From Chiloscyllium plagiosum (lineage: Eukaryota): 64,000 nt of DNA. Below the pieces are notes generated by a model. It saw nothing but the letters and a program-made list of their open reading frames with translations. It was not told the origin of the DNA and searched no databases. This document shows positions 12,440 to 26,315 of this stretch, in pieces. Position numbers and translations under genes: made by a program. The stretch's first letter is position 1, and every line of letters starts with the position of its first letter. The stretch covers positions 66,989,776-67,053,775 of the forward strand of contig NC_057719.1 of assembly GCF_004010195.1 (NCBI RefSeq), in the 5' to 3' direction.

Positions 12440-14585
12440 GAGTCATCAAATCATACAGCATGGAAACAGACCCTTCGGTCCAGCCAGTCCATGCCAAATA
12501 TAATCCCAAACTAAACAAGTCCCACCTGCCTGCTCCTGGCCCATACCCTTCCAAACCTTTCCTATTCATGTATCTATCCAAATGTCTTTATAACATTGTT
12601 ATTGTACCCACATCCACTACTTTCTCGGGATGTTCATCCACATGTGAACCACCCCCATGTAAAAAATTTGCCTCTTACGTCTTTTTAAAATCTCTCTCCT
12701 TTCACTTTAAAAATTTGCCTTCTACTCTTGATATTCCCCATCCTAGAGAAAAGACAACTACCATTAATACTGCATTATTTTATAAACTTTTATCAGATTG
12801 CCTGTCAACCTCCTACACTCTAGTGAAAAAAGTGCCAGCCTATCCAGTCTTTCTTTACAACTCAAACCTTCCATACCTGGCATCTCTTCTGAACCCTTCC
12901 CAGCTGGGTAATAGCCTTCCTATAACTGGGCAACCAGAATTGGTCACAGTATTCCAGAAGAGGTCTCATCAATGTTCTGTACAACCTCAACATGACTTCC
13001 AAACTCCTCTACTCAAAGCACTGAGCAATGAAGGCAAGCATGCCAAATACCTTTTTAACCACCTTGTCTATTTGTGATGCAAACTTCAAAGAATTATGTA
13101 CCTGGATCCCTAGATCCGTCTGTTCTACAACATGATCCAAGGTCCTACCACTAATTGTATAAGCCCTAACCTTGTTTGTTGTACCAAAATGCAATACCTC
13201 ACATTTATTCAGATTGAACGCCATCTGCCATTTTTCAGCCCATTGACCCATTTGATCAAGATCCGTTTGTAATCTTAGAAAACCTTCTTCACTGTCTACA
13301 ATGCTACCAATTTTGGTGTCAGTCCGAAAATTTATGAACAATGCCTTCTATGTTCTCATTCAAACCATTCATATAAATGAGAAACAAAAGTGGATCCAGA
13401 ACCGATCCCTGTGGAACACCACTGGTGACAAGTCTCCAGTCTAAAAAGCAACCCTCCACCACCACTTTCTGTCTCCTGCCATTTATGTATCCAGTTGGCA
13501 AGTTTACCCTGAATCCCATGTGACCTAACTTAACAATTAGCCAACCATGTGGAACCTTGTCAAAGGCTTTTCCAAAATCCAAATAAATAACGTCTATTGC
13601 TCTGCCATTATCAATCATTTTAGTAACTTTTTCAAAAAACTAACTCAAGTTTGTGAGACACGATTTTCCTCACGCAAAACTATGCTGACTATCTTTAATG
13701 AATTTTTGCCTCTCTAAGTGTCCATAAATCCCATCTTTTATTGTCGCCTCCACAATTTACCCACAACCGATGTCAGACTCACAGGTCTAAAGTTCCCCAC
13801 TTTTTCCTTACAAACTTTCTTAAACAAAGGTACAACACTAGCCACCCTCCAGTCAGCAGGTACCTCACCCGTAGTTATAGATGATGCAAATATTTCTGCA
13901 AGAGGTCTTGTAATTTCCTCTCTTACTTCCCACAATGTTCTGAGGTACATTAGATCAGGTCCAAGAGATTTATCCACTTTTATATTCTCTAAATTCTCCG
14001 AACTTTCTCCTGTGTAATGTGAACTGTTTTTAAAACATCAAAGTTTATTTCTCTCCATTTCTTTCTGCACAGTAAAAATTAGTGCTAAATATTCATTTAG
14101 TATCTTTCCCATCTCCTGGGGTTCAACACAAAGATGACCTCCTTGATCTTTAAGAAGCCCTACCCTCTGTCTAGTTATCCTCTTGCTCTTAGTGTATTTG
14201 TAGAATCTCTTTGGATTATCCTTAACTTTATCTGCAGTGCTATCTCATTTCCCTTCTTTGCCTTCCTAATTTCTCTCTTAAGAATGCCCCTACATTCTTT
14301 ATATTGATAAGAAATTCAATTGAACCAAGTTGTCTATTTCTAAAATAAGACTTTCTTTTCTTGACTAGAACCTCAATATTTTTATTCATCGATTTTGTTC
14401 CTTTATCTTACTAGCCATACCCTTCACTCTAACATGAACAAAATGCCTCTGAACTCTCATCATCACATTCTTGAATACCTCCCACTTGTCAGACATTTTT
14501 TTTAACCTGTGAACAGTCTACTCCAATCAACTTTTGAAAGTTCTTATCTCATACCATTAAAAGTTACCTTACTCCAATTAGGGAA
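12440..14585 (-). mobile_element. CR1 LINE, about 2.1 kb, degenerate RT, inserted in a short tRNA-head element (12370-12437 and 14590-14790)
   Basis: Minus ORFs GNFRPVSLTSVVGK, VIYLDFGKAFDKVPH, SGVPQGSVL, WAEKWQMAFNLNKCEVLHFG. Confidence 0.92.
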
Positions 14586-14892
14586 TTGAACTGAATAAAT
14601 CTGGTAATTTGTGGATATCATTTGACAATGATCAGAAGAGCTGCCTGATTGTTGGATAAACCCAACTGGATGAACTTCAGGGTAGGAAATTGTCCATCTC
14701 TACCCTTTAGGTTCTTGCGCCAAAGCTATAATTTTGAGATTTAATGTCCTCAGAGTCAACAGGGATGGGCAAAGCATCACTTCAAGAACAACAAGCCTTT
14801 CAGTTTCTTTTTATTTTTCTGAAAAATGTTAAATGTGCTCAAGTCTGTCAAATTGTATACTTTCAAAATTAAAATAATGTCCTTTTTTTCAG

Positions 14893-14929
14893 ATCTGGGG
14901 TGTTATAAAACAAGGGTACAGATGCAGAG
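14893..14929 (+). CDS. RASGRP1: RASGRP1 37-bp coding exon (exon 14 equivalent), C1 domain
   Basis: tttcag|ATCTGG...AGAG|gtaaat; IWGVIKQGYRCR, phase 0-1; not in the ORF track. Confidence 0.95.
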
Positions 14930-16424
14930 GTAAATGGTGTTATAAAATAATTATATTTAATAACTGTATTAATTGTTATCATACGTTTGGTAAACTAATT
15001 TAGATAGATCAGTGAATTTGCTAGATTAATGGATTTACAATTGCAATTATACAAACTCATTTTTACTATTTCTGATAGCTTTATACAGTTAATAGTATGT
15101 GCTTTATCACCTAATCCAGATTGTATCTAAATGATGTTCATCCAGAAATCAACATTTTGCTTAAGAACTTATTGAAACCAAACAATGTGCAACTTCTAAC
15201 CTTTTGCATACTTTTAAACAGGTGTAAATAATGAGAAGTGGTGATCATGATCTAACCATAATGCGTAGTCTGTTAACCAACAACTTAATATAAACACTTA
15301 ACTACCAAACATTAAAATGTTTCCTTAATCAGATTTGTTTCATTTGTGAAATTATAAATAACTTAAGACTCTTAAAAAGGTATTTAAAAGCCATTTAAGA
15401 CTTTCAATGAATTGAATAGTGAATTTTAAGTTAGAAAGCGTATGTCTTTTACACTCCTATTATTCTAGGCTGAATACATTCAGCTAATCGTTTGAAAATC
15501 CTTCCTTTGTTTATGTATGTGAAGAATATAACAATTTGGATGAGTGGCCAAACAAAGTACATTGACCTAAGAGAAATCATAGAGATGCTGTAAATGTTGG
15601 CATAAGAGCTTGTGGTGGTGGGCTGTAAAAATATTAAAATGTATGTTCACACTGATGTATTTTGAAAACATTGTTTACATTATAGCATTAGGAGTCAGCA
15701 ACCCATAACAGACTGATGAGATGAAAGTATTTTTCTGTTATCTGAAAAGATCCCATGTAAAATAAGATTATGTGGTCTCAACCCAATTCCTAAAATGTGT
15801 GACTTTACTGTGTAGAACCATTTCCATTAATGCACTTAACAAGATGTTAACAACACTTAAGGCTGGGAAGTCAATGGAGAAGCCAGCTAGCAACTAATGT
15901 GTGAAAGACATCCTAATAATGCTCTGAAAATAATTTTGGAAGGAGCCTTCTTTACAAGGCTTCAACATTCAAGAGGGCATGAGAGATTAAAAAATTAGAG
16001 ACATACTTTTGGGAGGGAGTTTGTATGTAAAAAGGATTACAAGCTTACAGATGTTGAGATTGTGAAATTATCTTTAAATTAGCATGTAAACCATCTGAAG
16101 TAGAACAATTAATTTACAAAAAATGCAATAATCATTTCTAAAGTTGTATGCAATGTTATGGGACTAGAAGAACCATTTATATTGTTATATTTGCTCAGGT
16201 TAACACATCAAGCTTTACAAAGATCAAACTGCTCTTTTCTACCACCTGAGAATGAAAGATTGGAATTGCTGCATTAAATCTTCCAATTGCTGAATATTTT
16301 AATACACAAAATTTTAACCGTATTTCAACCTTATTGCACAGAGCATTTTGTGAGTTACCACTGATGTCAAATTTGATAGCCATTTCATTTTGATGCCCAC
16401 AATATGATGCATTTCTGATTGCAG

Positions 16425-16568
16425 ATTGTGGTATGAACTGTCACAAACAGTGTCGAGACTTGGTGGTGCTGGAATGCAAAAATAAAGCCAAGACCACAGA
16501 TGCCAGTCAAACCTCAAGCTCCTCTGCTCCTGCACTTTGCTCTGCAGAAACCAAAGGCCTAAATATTG
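16425..16568 (+). CDS. RASGRP1: RASGRP1 coding exon (exon 15 equivalent), end of C1 domain
   Basis: ttgcag|ATTGTG...ATTG|gtaata; 144 bp, phase 1-1; DCGMNCHKQCRDLVVLECKNKAKTTDASQTSSSSAPALCSAETKGLNI. All C1 His/Cys zinc ligands are present across exons. Confidence 0.93.
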
Positions 16569-18750
16569 GTAATATTACTCTTTCCATTGAATTGTACTGT
16601 TAAACTTTTTGAAAATTGTAACCTTTTCTAAATATTAATATATTGAGGATAAAAAACATTAACATTGATTGAAATATTAGATGCATATCTTTGAGTACTG
16701 ATTATTCCTGGTGCTTGACAGAATTTAAGTACTTTCGTTTGTTAAACACTTTCAAAAAATATTTGAGAAGGTTTAAATGATGGATATTATATAGAAGATA
16801 AAAAGCAATCATCTTTCTTATTATTTTCTTTCTTGTTATGTTTTATATTATCTTTGAAATTATTTGAGTAATCTAACATATAAGTTAATATATATCAATA
16901 TATGTATAATTTATATAATCTTAATGGCTTTTCTGTCTATCTTGCCCTTCCAAAACACAAACTAGCACTAGCCAAGAAAATAAGTTTGTGGGTGTCTTAC
17001 TCCTAGTTCTCTGTCCGTGTCATTAAGAACCTAGTTTCTATGAGATAGATAAAATTGATTATTTTCCTAGTCTAATTTTACTTCCTATTTTACTTACCTA
17101 AACATTTAAAAGATCACTGCAGCAATGCAACAGGCTTTGGGAATCTATCAGTATTGTAAAGGCAGCATGAGCCTCTTTTATTTATCTTGTCATCATGTAC
17201 ATCTGAGTACTCTGAGGGGTACGAGATAGAATCACCCTTCAACAATTGCCCATAGTTATGGTTCAGTGAACGGTAGAGATAATGGCTTGAGATAATGCTC
17301 ACAAATTTGAGACTTCTTATCTCATAAATTGTCAACAAATGTGAGAGAACAGCATCTTTACCACCCTCTCAACCAGTTTGGGAAAACTCCTTCCTTATTA
17401 CAGGAACAAAGAAATTGCTGAATCAGAAAAGACCAAAGCCAAACTAGTTGACCTTTTATTGTCCTGTTAGATGAATGATACAACAATAATGCAATTGCTG
17501 ATTAACCAAATCTATACCACAAATGAAAACAGACCACAGATAACAAATTTCAACACATTGGAGTATTTTGTGGAAATGATTTTTGCATTATATCTGTACT
17601 TTTTCAGAACTAATCAGCCTAAGAGCGCTTTTTTTGTTCTTAATTTGAGTGTGGATAATCTTGGAATTGTCGAGCAATAGTAACATGAATCAGTGAAAGT
17701 TAAGCTTCAATAGTCAAAATGGAGTATGAAAGAACTGCACATATATGATGCCCTCTTTTATTTACTCTTAGGATGTGAATGTTGTTGGCTGTGCCAGTAT
17801 TTATTCCACATCCCTAACAGATAATGTTGAGCTGCCTTCTTGAACTCTACATATTCATCCACTCCTGCTAGAGATGGAGTTGCAGGATTTTGATCCAGTG
17901 ACAGTAAAGCAACAGTAATATAACTCCAAATCAGGATGGTATGTGAGTTGGAGAGGTCATGACGTTTCTATTATCTGCTATATTTGCCCTTCTAGATGGT
18001 AGTGTTCATGGGTTTAGAAGGTGCTGACAAAGGAGCCTTGGTAGCTTACTGCAGTAGGTGTTGTAGCTGGGATGTACTGCTGCAACTATGTATTGGTGAT
18101 GCACAGAGTGAAGTTTGAGAGTGGTGAATAGGGAACTGATCAAGTGGGATGCTTTATCCTGGATTGTTGTTGGAGATGTGTTTATTCAGGTAAATGGAGA
18201 GTATTTAATTGTAGTCTTGACTTGTACGTTGTAGATGATGGACAGACATTGGAACATCAGGAGGTGGGTTACTTGCCATAGAATTCCCAATATTCTTGTA
18301 TCCACAGGATTTATATGGCTGGTCCTGTTCAATGTCTGGTCAATGGTAAACCATAGAATGTTGACAATGGGAAATTTTTTGGTACTAGTGACGTTGAATT
18401 TCAGGGGAAGATGGTTAGATTTCCTTTTCTTGAAGGGGCCATTGCCTGGAATTAGTGTGGCACAAATTTACTTGCCTTGTACTATGCCCAACCCTAAATG
18501 CTGTCCAGATCTTTATGCATACAGACTCGATCTGCCTCAGCATCTAAGGTGTTGCAAAACATTTTTGAAAGGCTTTGAAATCATCCACAAACATGCACAC
18601 TTTTGACATTATTTTTGAAGGAAAGTCATGCATACAAAATGCTAAAGGTGTTTTGCATAAGGCATTACCTGGACTGATATCCCAGGGATTGTGATAATTA
18701 ACTTCCAACAACAATAACCATACTCCTTTGTGTTTGATATGACCTGTAGA

Positions 18751-18847
18751 ATCCTGAAGAAGGGTCCTCCCCGAAACATCGACTCTCTTGTTCCTCGGAT
18801 ACTGCCTGACCTGCTGTGCCTTCTCCAGCACCATGCTTTATCAACTC
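18751..18847 (+). mobile_element. PLE-derived short insert (family A), single arm, 13-bp TSD
   Basis: TSD tgatatgacctgt at 18735-18747 and 18848-18860; begins atcCTGAAGAagggtcctccccGAAACATC. Confidence 0.85.
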
Positions 18848-19899
18848 TGATATGACCTGTGGAGAGTTTTCCCCCCCAATTCCCATTAACCTCAAATTTA
18901 TTATGGTTTCTTGTTCCATATTTGATCAAATGCTAAATTGATGTCAAGGACAACATACTATTGTTACTAATGAAAGTTCATTCTTTTGATTTTTGGATCA
19001 AGATAATAATGAGGTCTGCCCAGCAGAACACAAACTGAGCATCAGTGAGCAGGGTTATTGCTGAATGATAGTGCTATTAATGATATGTTCCATCACTTCA
19101 TTGTAGATTGTGAGTAGAGTTGGACTTGTTAAAAGGCATTTGTCTTAATCACAGTCAATTGATCTATACTATAAAATGGTTGACATGGGAAGGGGGTAAT
19201 GGTGGGCATTTCATTTTTATTTTAAATGTGTTTTTGCATGGGGGCACCCCTGAGAAGATAATATCCTTCATAATTTATTCACCCATACTACAAAAACCAT
19301 CCTCTTTGTCTCCTTCCGGCTCCCCTTCCTGAGTTGCCAAAATATCTCAGCCCAAAACTACCCAATTTAGCTCACTATGAAATCTATCAGGCCTCCATTG
19401 TGGGCTTGCATGGACTGTATGAGCTGCCAACCAGAAGGCAGGACTTCCTCTAGAAGTAGAGTCTCTATGTTATGTCTGTGGTTTGGTTAATTTCTGGGCC
19501 TGTCAGCCAACTGTCAACTTTCTTCTAACAGTGGCTTGGCAGTGAGCTGTTTATATTTTTCCCCAGAACTCTATGCACCTTGCCTTTTGCACTAATATGC
19601 TGCATTCTTCCATCGTTGGAGATAAGCATGTTTTTGGAGCATCCTCCTCCAGTTACCTGTCCACAACCATTCACTACTAGATTTGACAGAATTGCAGAGT
19701 TCTGATGTGATTCTTTGTGTGAGAAATTATTTAACTGCCTAGAGCATGTTGCATCCACAGTTTAACTTATTTGTAGTCCTGTATGCATCTCATCTTCAGG
19801 TATGCCTGGTGCTGCTCCTGCCATGCTGTCCTACACTGTTCCTTGAATCAAGGCTGATCCTCTGGTTTGATGGTAATAGCACAGTGGCTGAAAACAAGC

Positions 19900-20430
19900 A
19901 TACATACAGCATACAAATGAAACGCAGGAGTAGGTCATATGACTCCTCGTGCCTGGTCCACCATTCAATAAGGTCATGGCTGATCAGATTGTGGCCTCAA
20001 TTCTACCTTTCTGCCTGCCCCTACTATTCTTAAACATCCTTGTTAGTTCGATCTCCATATTAGTTAGATCTATCTACCTCTGCCTTAAAAAATATTCAAT
20101 GGCCTTCCATCTACCACACTGTGGGAAAAAAGTTCCAAAGACTCATGTATGACCTTGGGATAAAAATCTTGTTGTTGCATCTTAAATTAGGAATTCCTTA
20201 TTTTAAAGAATGTCCCTTGTTCTAGTCTCTCCCACAAAGGGAAACATCTTTTCAGCATTTACTCTGTCATGCCCCTTCAGGATCTTATGTATTTCACTAA
20301 GATCATCTCACATTCTTCTTATCCCTAGTGAATACACACCAAACTTCCCTCATAAGATAGCTCCTCATCAGCAAAGTAAAACATCTTTGAACTATCTCTA
20401 CAGCGATTATGACCTTTCTTAAATAAGTCC
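19900..20430 (-). mobile_element. CR1 LINE 3' fragment (nested)
   Basis: ccattcaataaggtcatggctgatc 3' motif; QFWTYLRKVIIAVEIVQRCFT. Confidence 0.75.
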
Positions 20431-20520
20431 AAAACTGTGTAGAGTTATACAATTCTGCTGCTGATGGCCCATGGATGCAATTCATTGATTTTCAGGTTTT
20501 AAGTTACGATAGGGAGGTGC

Positions 20521-20796
20521 TGTCCTGTCTTTACAGTGAGGTCATGCTCTCTTGTATGTGGTACTACCACCATGCTAAATGTTATAGGCACTGTTCCTTC
20601 GTCAGGTAGCTAGTGATGAAGGAGCAGCACTCTGAAAGCTTGTACTTCCCAAATAAACCTGTTGGACTATAACCTGGTGTTGTGTGATTTTTAATTCAGT
20701 TTTAAGTTGATAGATCATCTGTTCTGTGCCTATAACATTTAGCATGGTGGTAGTACCACATACAAGAGAGCATGACCTCACTGTAAAGACAGGACA
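20521..20796. repeat. Perfect 71-bp inverted repeat around a family-B PLE/hammerhead fragment
   Basis: 20521-20591 is the exact reverse complement of 20726-20796; PLE fragment at 20592-20694. Confidence 0.92.
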
Positions 20797-21409
20797 TCAT
20801 CTCCACAAGGATTACACAGTGTTTAGATCTGCCAATGCTATCATGGATAGATGGATCTGTGATAGGTACAGTGGAGAGGATAAGGTCAAATAAGTTTCTC
20901 CCATCACGTTGGTTCCTTAATGACCCGCCATTGACTTAGATTTCCTTTAAGACTTGACAAGTAGTGGTGCTATTGATCTACTTTTGGTGATGTGCATTAA
21001 ACCTGCACACCTCGAGTACGTTGTGCCTTTGACACTCTTAGCGCTTGTTCTAAGTGGTGTTCATCCTGGAGGAGCACAAATTCATCAACTGAGGAAGGCC
21101 GGTAGGTGATGATCAGCAAGAGGGGTTGAACCTGATTCCATGAGATATGATGAAGTTCAGAGCCAATGTTGAGGCCTGCCAGGGATACTCCCTCCTGACT
21201 GTATGTCACTGTGCTGCCACCTCTGGTGGAACAGGGACATATGCATATGATGGCAATGTCTGAACTTAATCATACTCATGGAATAATATCTAGTAGACAA
21301 TATCAGGCTGTTAATTGATTAGCCCAAGGGACAGCTCTCCCAATTTTGGCACGAGCCCACGGATGTCAGGAAGATTTTTCAGAGTCAACTGGGGCAGATG
21401 CATCTTTAG

Positions 21410-21640
21410 TAAAGCAAAGAGCTATGGATCATGGAAATCTGAAACAAAAACAAGAAGTGCTGTAGAAAATCGGCATGTCTAGCCGCATCTGTGGAGAGAA
21501 AAGCAGAGTTAAGTCAACAGGCCCTTTGTCAGAATGGCTCTGAAGAAAGATCACCAGACTGAAAATGTTAATTCTGCTTTCTCTCCACGGATGCTGCCAA
21601 ACCTACTAATTTTCTCTAGCACTTTCTGTTTTTGTTCCAG
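21410..21640. mobile_element. Degenerate fold-back PLE-derived element (family C)
   Basis: gcatctgtggagagaaaagcagagttaa versus ttaattctgctttctctccacggatgc; centre near 21535 before ctgaagaa. Confidence 0.7.
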
Positions 21641-22679
21641 ATGTGTTTTGTTGTTTCTGGCACCTAAGCTGATGTCAATATTATTTGATTTTTCTGAACT
21701 GTGTGATGCAACTGAGTGCCATACTGGGCCACTTCTGAGGGCAGTTGACTGTCAGTCACAGTGCTGTGGGTCTGGAGTCACATGTAAACTATGTCAGGTA
21801 GCGGTTGTAGATTTCTTCCCCCTGAAGGACATTAGTTTCTAACAATTGGATAATTTAATGATCATTATTATTGAAACTAGTATTTTATTCTAGATTCATC
21901 ATTCAATTGAATTTAAATTCAATGACTGGTTGTAATGGCAGGATTTTAACTTCAACTTACAAGTGCGCTCCCTAGGATTAGCGCAAAACCAGACATCTAA
22001 TTCCAAACCAACATTTAATTAAGGAGGGAAGATGGAGTAAATACATCACAGGGAAAATCAACAGAGCTTCTCTTGTTGGATTCATCCATTTGGAATTTGG
22101 CATACACTTTGCCTCCACTCACCCACCTTGAACTGCCCACCTGCATCCGTCTCTGGAGTCCATACTGAGAGTGTTATTTCATAAAATTATCCCATAGCGT
22201 GAAAGTGTTCAGCTCTGAGTCATAGGATTGTGGGTTCAAATATCACTCCAAGACATCACAGAATTGAATCTGTTACTCAGCGTGATACTGAGGGAGTGTT
22301 GCATTGATGGCATGTAGTGACGTCCATAAGAAAATAAGGAACAGGAGATGTCAGCTACACAGTTCCACAAGCCTGTTTTCTGCTGTTCAATAAAATCATG
22401 GTGCATCTTTTGCCAAAGTAAAGTACTATAAAGGCTGTGGGTAGATGAAATATAAACAGAAAACATTGTAAATAATAATGAATTCTGACAATATTCACGA
22501 TGCTTCAGGTCAAAGAACTTTGATTGGAATTAGAAAATGTTAGATGTATAACAGGTTTTAAGCAGGTGAAGAGGAAGCTAAATAGTTGGGGTTAAGTAAT
22601 CAAATAAATGATAACAGTCAAAGGCAGGAAAGATTAAACGATAAAAAGAAAAGCAAAACAAGGTCATAATAAGACAAGT

Positions 22680-24660
22680 AGAGTCATGGGTTTGAAAGCA
22701 ACTTGCCAAGGAGCCTTGATTAATTTCTGCACTGCATCTTGTATATGATACACACTGCTGTCACTGTTGGTGATGAAGTAGGGGAGTATTGAAGGTGGTG
22801 GAAGAAGCTCCAGTGTTGTGGGCTGTGTTGTCCCAGATTGTATCAGCGTTCTTGAGCATTGCTGGAGCTTGATTCATTCGGGCAAGTGGGGGTTTTTCCA
22901 TCACATTCCTGACTTGTATGTTGTAAATACTCAACAGACAACAGGGAAGCAGGAGGTGAGTTACTCACTGCAAAGTTAAGACCATAAGACCATAGGTTAT
23001 AGGAGCAGAACCAAGTTATATGGCCCATCAAGTCTATCCCAATATTCAATCATGGCTGATATATTTCTCAACCCCAGTCTCCTGCCTGCTTCCCATCATC
23101 CTTGATCCTCTTACCAATCAAGAAATTATCTATCTCTGTCTTAAATATACGCAATGACTTAGCCTCCATAGCCTTCTGTGGCAATGGGTTCCACAGATTC
23201 ACCACCCTCTATTCCTCGCCTCTTACTTGCTCGTGTATACATGGCTGGTTAGGTCAGTTCCTGATCAATAGAAAGCTCTAATGATGTTAACACTGGGGAA
23301 TTCAGCCATTGAAAATGAAGGGGCAATGGTTAGATTCTCTCATGGAATTGTTTGTTGCCAGGTATTTGTGTAGTATCAACCTGGTCTGAATATTGTCCTG
23401 TTGCATATGGATATAGACTGTTTCGGTGTTGAAGGTGACAGGTTTGGTGCTAAACATTCCAATCATCAGTGAACATCCCACCCCTGACCTTATGATGGAG
23501 GGAAGGGCATCGTTGGAGCAGCTGAAGATGGTTGTGCTGAGGATGCCACATCTGAGTAACTCCTACAGGGATGTCCTGAGACTGTAATGATTAACTGCCA
23601 ACAACTACAGCCACCTTACTTTGTATTAGGTATGACTCCAACCAGCAGATAACCTTCACCCCAATTTCCATTGATTCCAGTTTTGTTTGGGCTTTTAGAT
23701 GACATGCTCTTTTAAATATTGCCTTGAAACCAAGGGTAGTCATTCTCACCATTTCAGTTCCACTCTTTTGTCCATGTAATGAGGTGAGGAGCTGACCCTC
23801 TCAGAACCCAAAATGAGCATTAGACAGCAAGTTATTCCTTTGAAAGTGCCACTTGATAGTCCTGTTGACAATCTTTCCCATAACTTCACTAATGATTGAG
23901 TGTAGACTGACAGGGCAGAAATTTCCGTTTGTACTGTTTTAAGTACAGAGGATATACCTGGGTAAATTTCCACCTTGGTGATTAAAACCTGGTATTGTCA
24001 CTATGTGGGAATAGCCAGGACACAGGTAGTTGTGGAGTATAAGTCTTCAATACTGTTGCTGAAATATTATTGGGACCCTCAGCCTTTGCAGCAACCAGTG
24101 CATTCAACTGTTTCTTGATATCATTTGGAATGAATCTGGTTGAAACTTGGCACCTGTCACACTGGGAATCTCTGAATGAGGCCAAAAAGGATCATCCACT
24201 CACCACTTCTGGCTGAAGATGAATGCAAATATACAGCCTTTTTTTCTGCACTGAGATGACGGACTCCCCCAAGGATGAGCATGCCGTACTTGTGAAGTCA
24301 TAGTGTCTACTACCTAGATGATGCACTGCAGAAATACACCAAATCCTTAGACACTTCCTCCCAAGCCCACAAACACTTCCATCTAGAAGGACAAGGGCAA
24401 CAGGTACATGGCAATACTACTACCTGCAAGTTCCCCTCCAAGCCACTCACCATCATGACTTGCAAATACATTGACATTCCTTTACTGTCACTGGGACAAA
24501 ATCCTGCACTTGGCTCCCTCAGGTCATTGTGGGTCTCCCTACAGCATGAACTGCAGTGGTTCAGGAAGGCAACTCACCACCACTTTCAAGGGCAACAAGC
24601 AATTGGCAATAAAGGCTGGCTCAGCCATTGACACCCACGTCCCACAAGTGAATACAAAAT
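22680..24660. mobile_element. Second-family LINE fragments (- 22680-24250, + 3' end 24310-24660) with nested CR1 tail 22980-23215
   Basis: DIKKQLNAL..KAEGPNNISATVLKT on -; 3' tail gcaataaaggctggctcagcc..cccacaagtgaat. Confidence 0.7.
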
Positions 24661-24899
24661 GTGCTGTGACCATGATTTTAGAATAAGAGATCAAAGTAAA
24701 TACAACCCACTGAGAATGGGTTAAGAGTCAGGTGACTATTCTCAGGTGAAGGTTGCTTCACTCGAGTGAGGGGAAGCTGCAGTGCTCAGATGAGGGATGG
24801 GGTTGCAGTGCTCAGGTGAAGGGCAGGGTGAGATATTTGGGCCAGGAGCAGTACTGGGGTCTGTGACCTCTGTCCTTGCCCTTAACTATGAGTAGCAGA

Positions 24900-26130
24900 T
24901 TCACAAAAGCTGAGCAGTGGTGTTCCACAAGGATCAGTATTGCAATCGTTATCATTCAACATTTACACCAATGGCGGACTCAAGGATTGGCAGCACATTC
25001 CCAAAATTAGGAAATGACACCAAGTTTGTTAGAAAAGTGCGGATGTCATGACAAAATGCAAAACACTGTTAATAAACTTGCAGAACAATTCTCTACATAG
25101 ATATGTTCAGGGTCATTTAAATTGATAAGAAAAATAAGCAGACCACATTCTGCTTATAAAATAAGAACATTTGATTGGAAAATGGCAGAGAACTAGGCTA
25201 GAGATATACAAATTATTAACCAGCATCACAAGATCATGAGGCCATAAAAAAAAATTCAAATAAAGAAAGGTAATTTCTATAGAAGTTGGAACTTGTCTCA
25301 AGCCACTAAAGCTCATTACCACCTCTCACAGCTATGTAGGGATGGGCAATGACATTGGAAAGAACTAAAGTATCGTGCACAATGTTAGAAGGTGCAATAA
25401 AGATTTAAAAGGATAATACTAGAATGCTCAAGGAGACAATGATGACACTGCACTAGTATCCATAACCCCAAACTAATTTTCTGGCGATATGCCAGATAAT
25501 ACATTTTTAATTCAAAGAAAATCTGGAATAAAATGCTGTCCTAATAGCAACCATGCAACCATCTTATGCCATTTCGGGAAGGATATCTGCCATTCTTACC
25601 TAGTCTAATCTACGTGTGACTCCAGATGCACAGGAATGTGTTTGATTCTTAAGTGTCCTCTATGCAATTAGTGATGGGTAATACTGGATGGTCGAGACAA
25701 CAACACCCACATCTTATGAACTTTTTTAAAAAAAATCTATCAGCAAATTCAACAGATTATTTCCTCTAGAAAACTTTAAGACTGAAGGGTCACCTTTAAG
25801 AGGTAGTTCGAGTTATGAAAGGCTAGATTTAGACAAGGTGTTTCCACATGTTAAGAGACCAAAACTAGGCTCCATATATAGTCATTAATAAATCCAACAT
25901 GAAATTCAGCATAAATATCTCTACTCAGATATTGCTTTGAATGGTACTTATAAGTAGTCAAGGTACAAAGATGCATTTCTGAGGAAGCTAGATAAGCAGA
26001 CAATGAAAAAAGTAACAGAAAATAATGCTGATAAAATGTTGGGGAGAGGTTTGAGGAGACTCATGTAGACCGTAAACAGTGACAAAGATCAGTTAGGCTG
26101 AATGGCTTGTTCCTTTGCTGTACAATTTAA
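24900..26130 (+). mobile_element. Old CR1 fragments with nested short tRNA-head element (about 25450-25720)
   Basis: agtggtgttccacaaggatcagta (SGVPQGS); degraded 3' motif ggctgaatggctt. Confidence 0.55.
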
Positions 26131-26315
26131 ATAATTCAATGCAATCCATACCTTGTCTTTTCTAAATTGGATACCCATCAAGGTCACTTATCTCCTGGAA
26201 ACTATACATGTGATAATAAAAAGATTTATTTGCAGTAATCACTTGTAGTTCATACATTTTATATTTCAGTTAGTTGAGAAATGTTCTCACAATGTTCACA
26301 TTAATATTTTTGCAG

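Larger units (their letters stand above)
17760..21950 (-). mobile_element. Second CR1-group LINE family, near full-length, degraded, with nested inserts
   Basis: 3' tail near 17760; endonuclease-like ITYRPSSVDE (ORF 20997-21209); head sequence at 21700-21950; homologous to 28912-36135. Confidence 0.7.

Noticed and set aside
12460..13077. 205-aa plus-strand ORF
   Set aside because: Antisense reading of a minus-strand CR1
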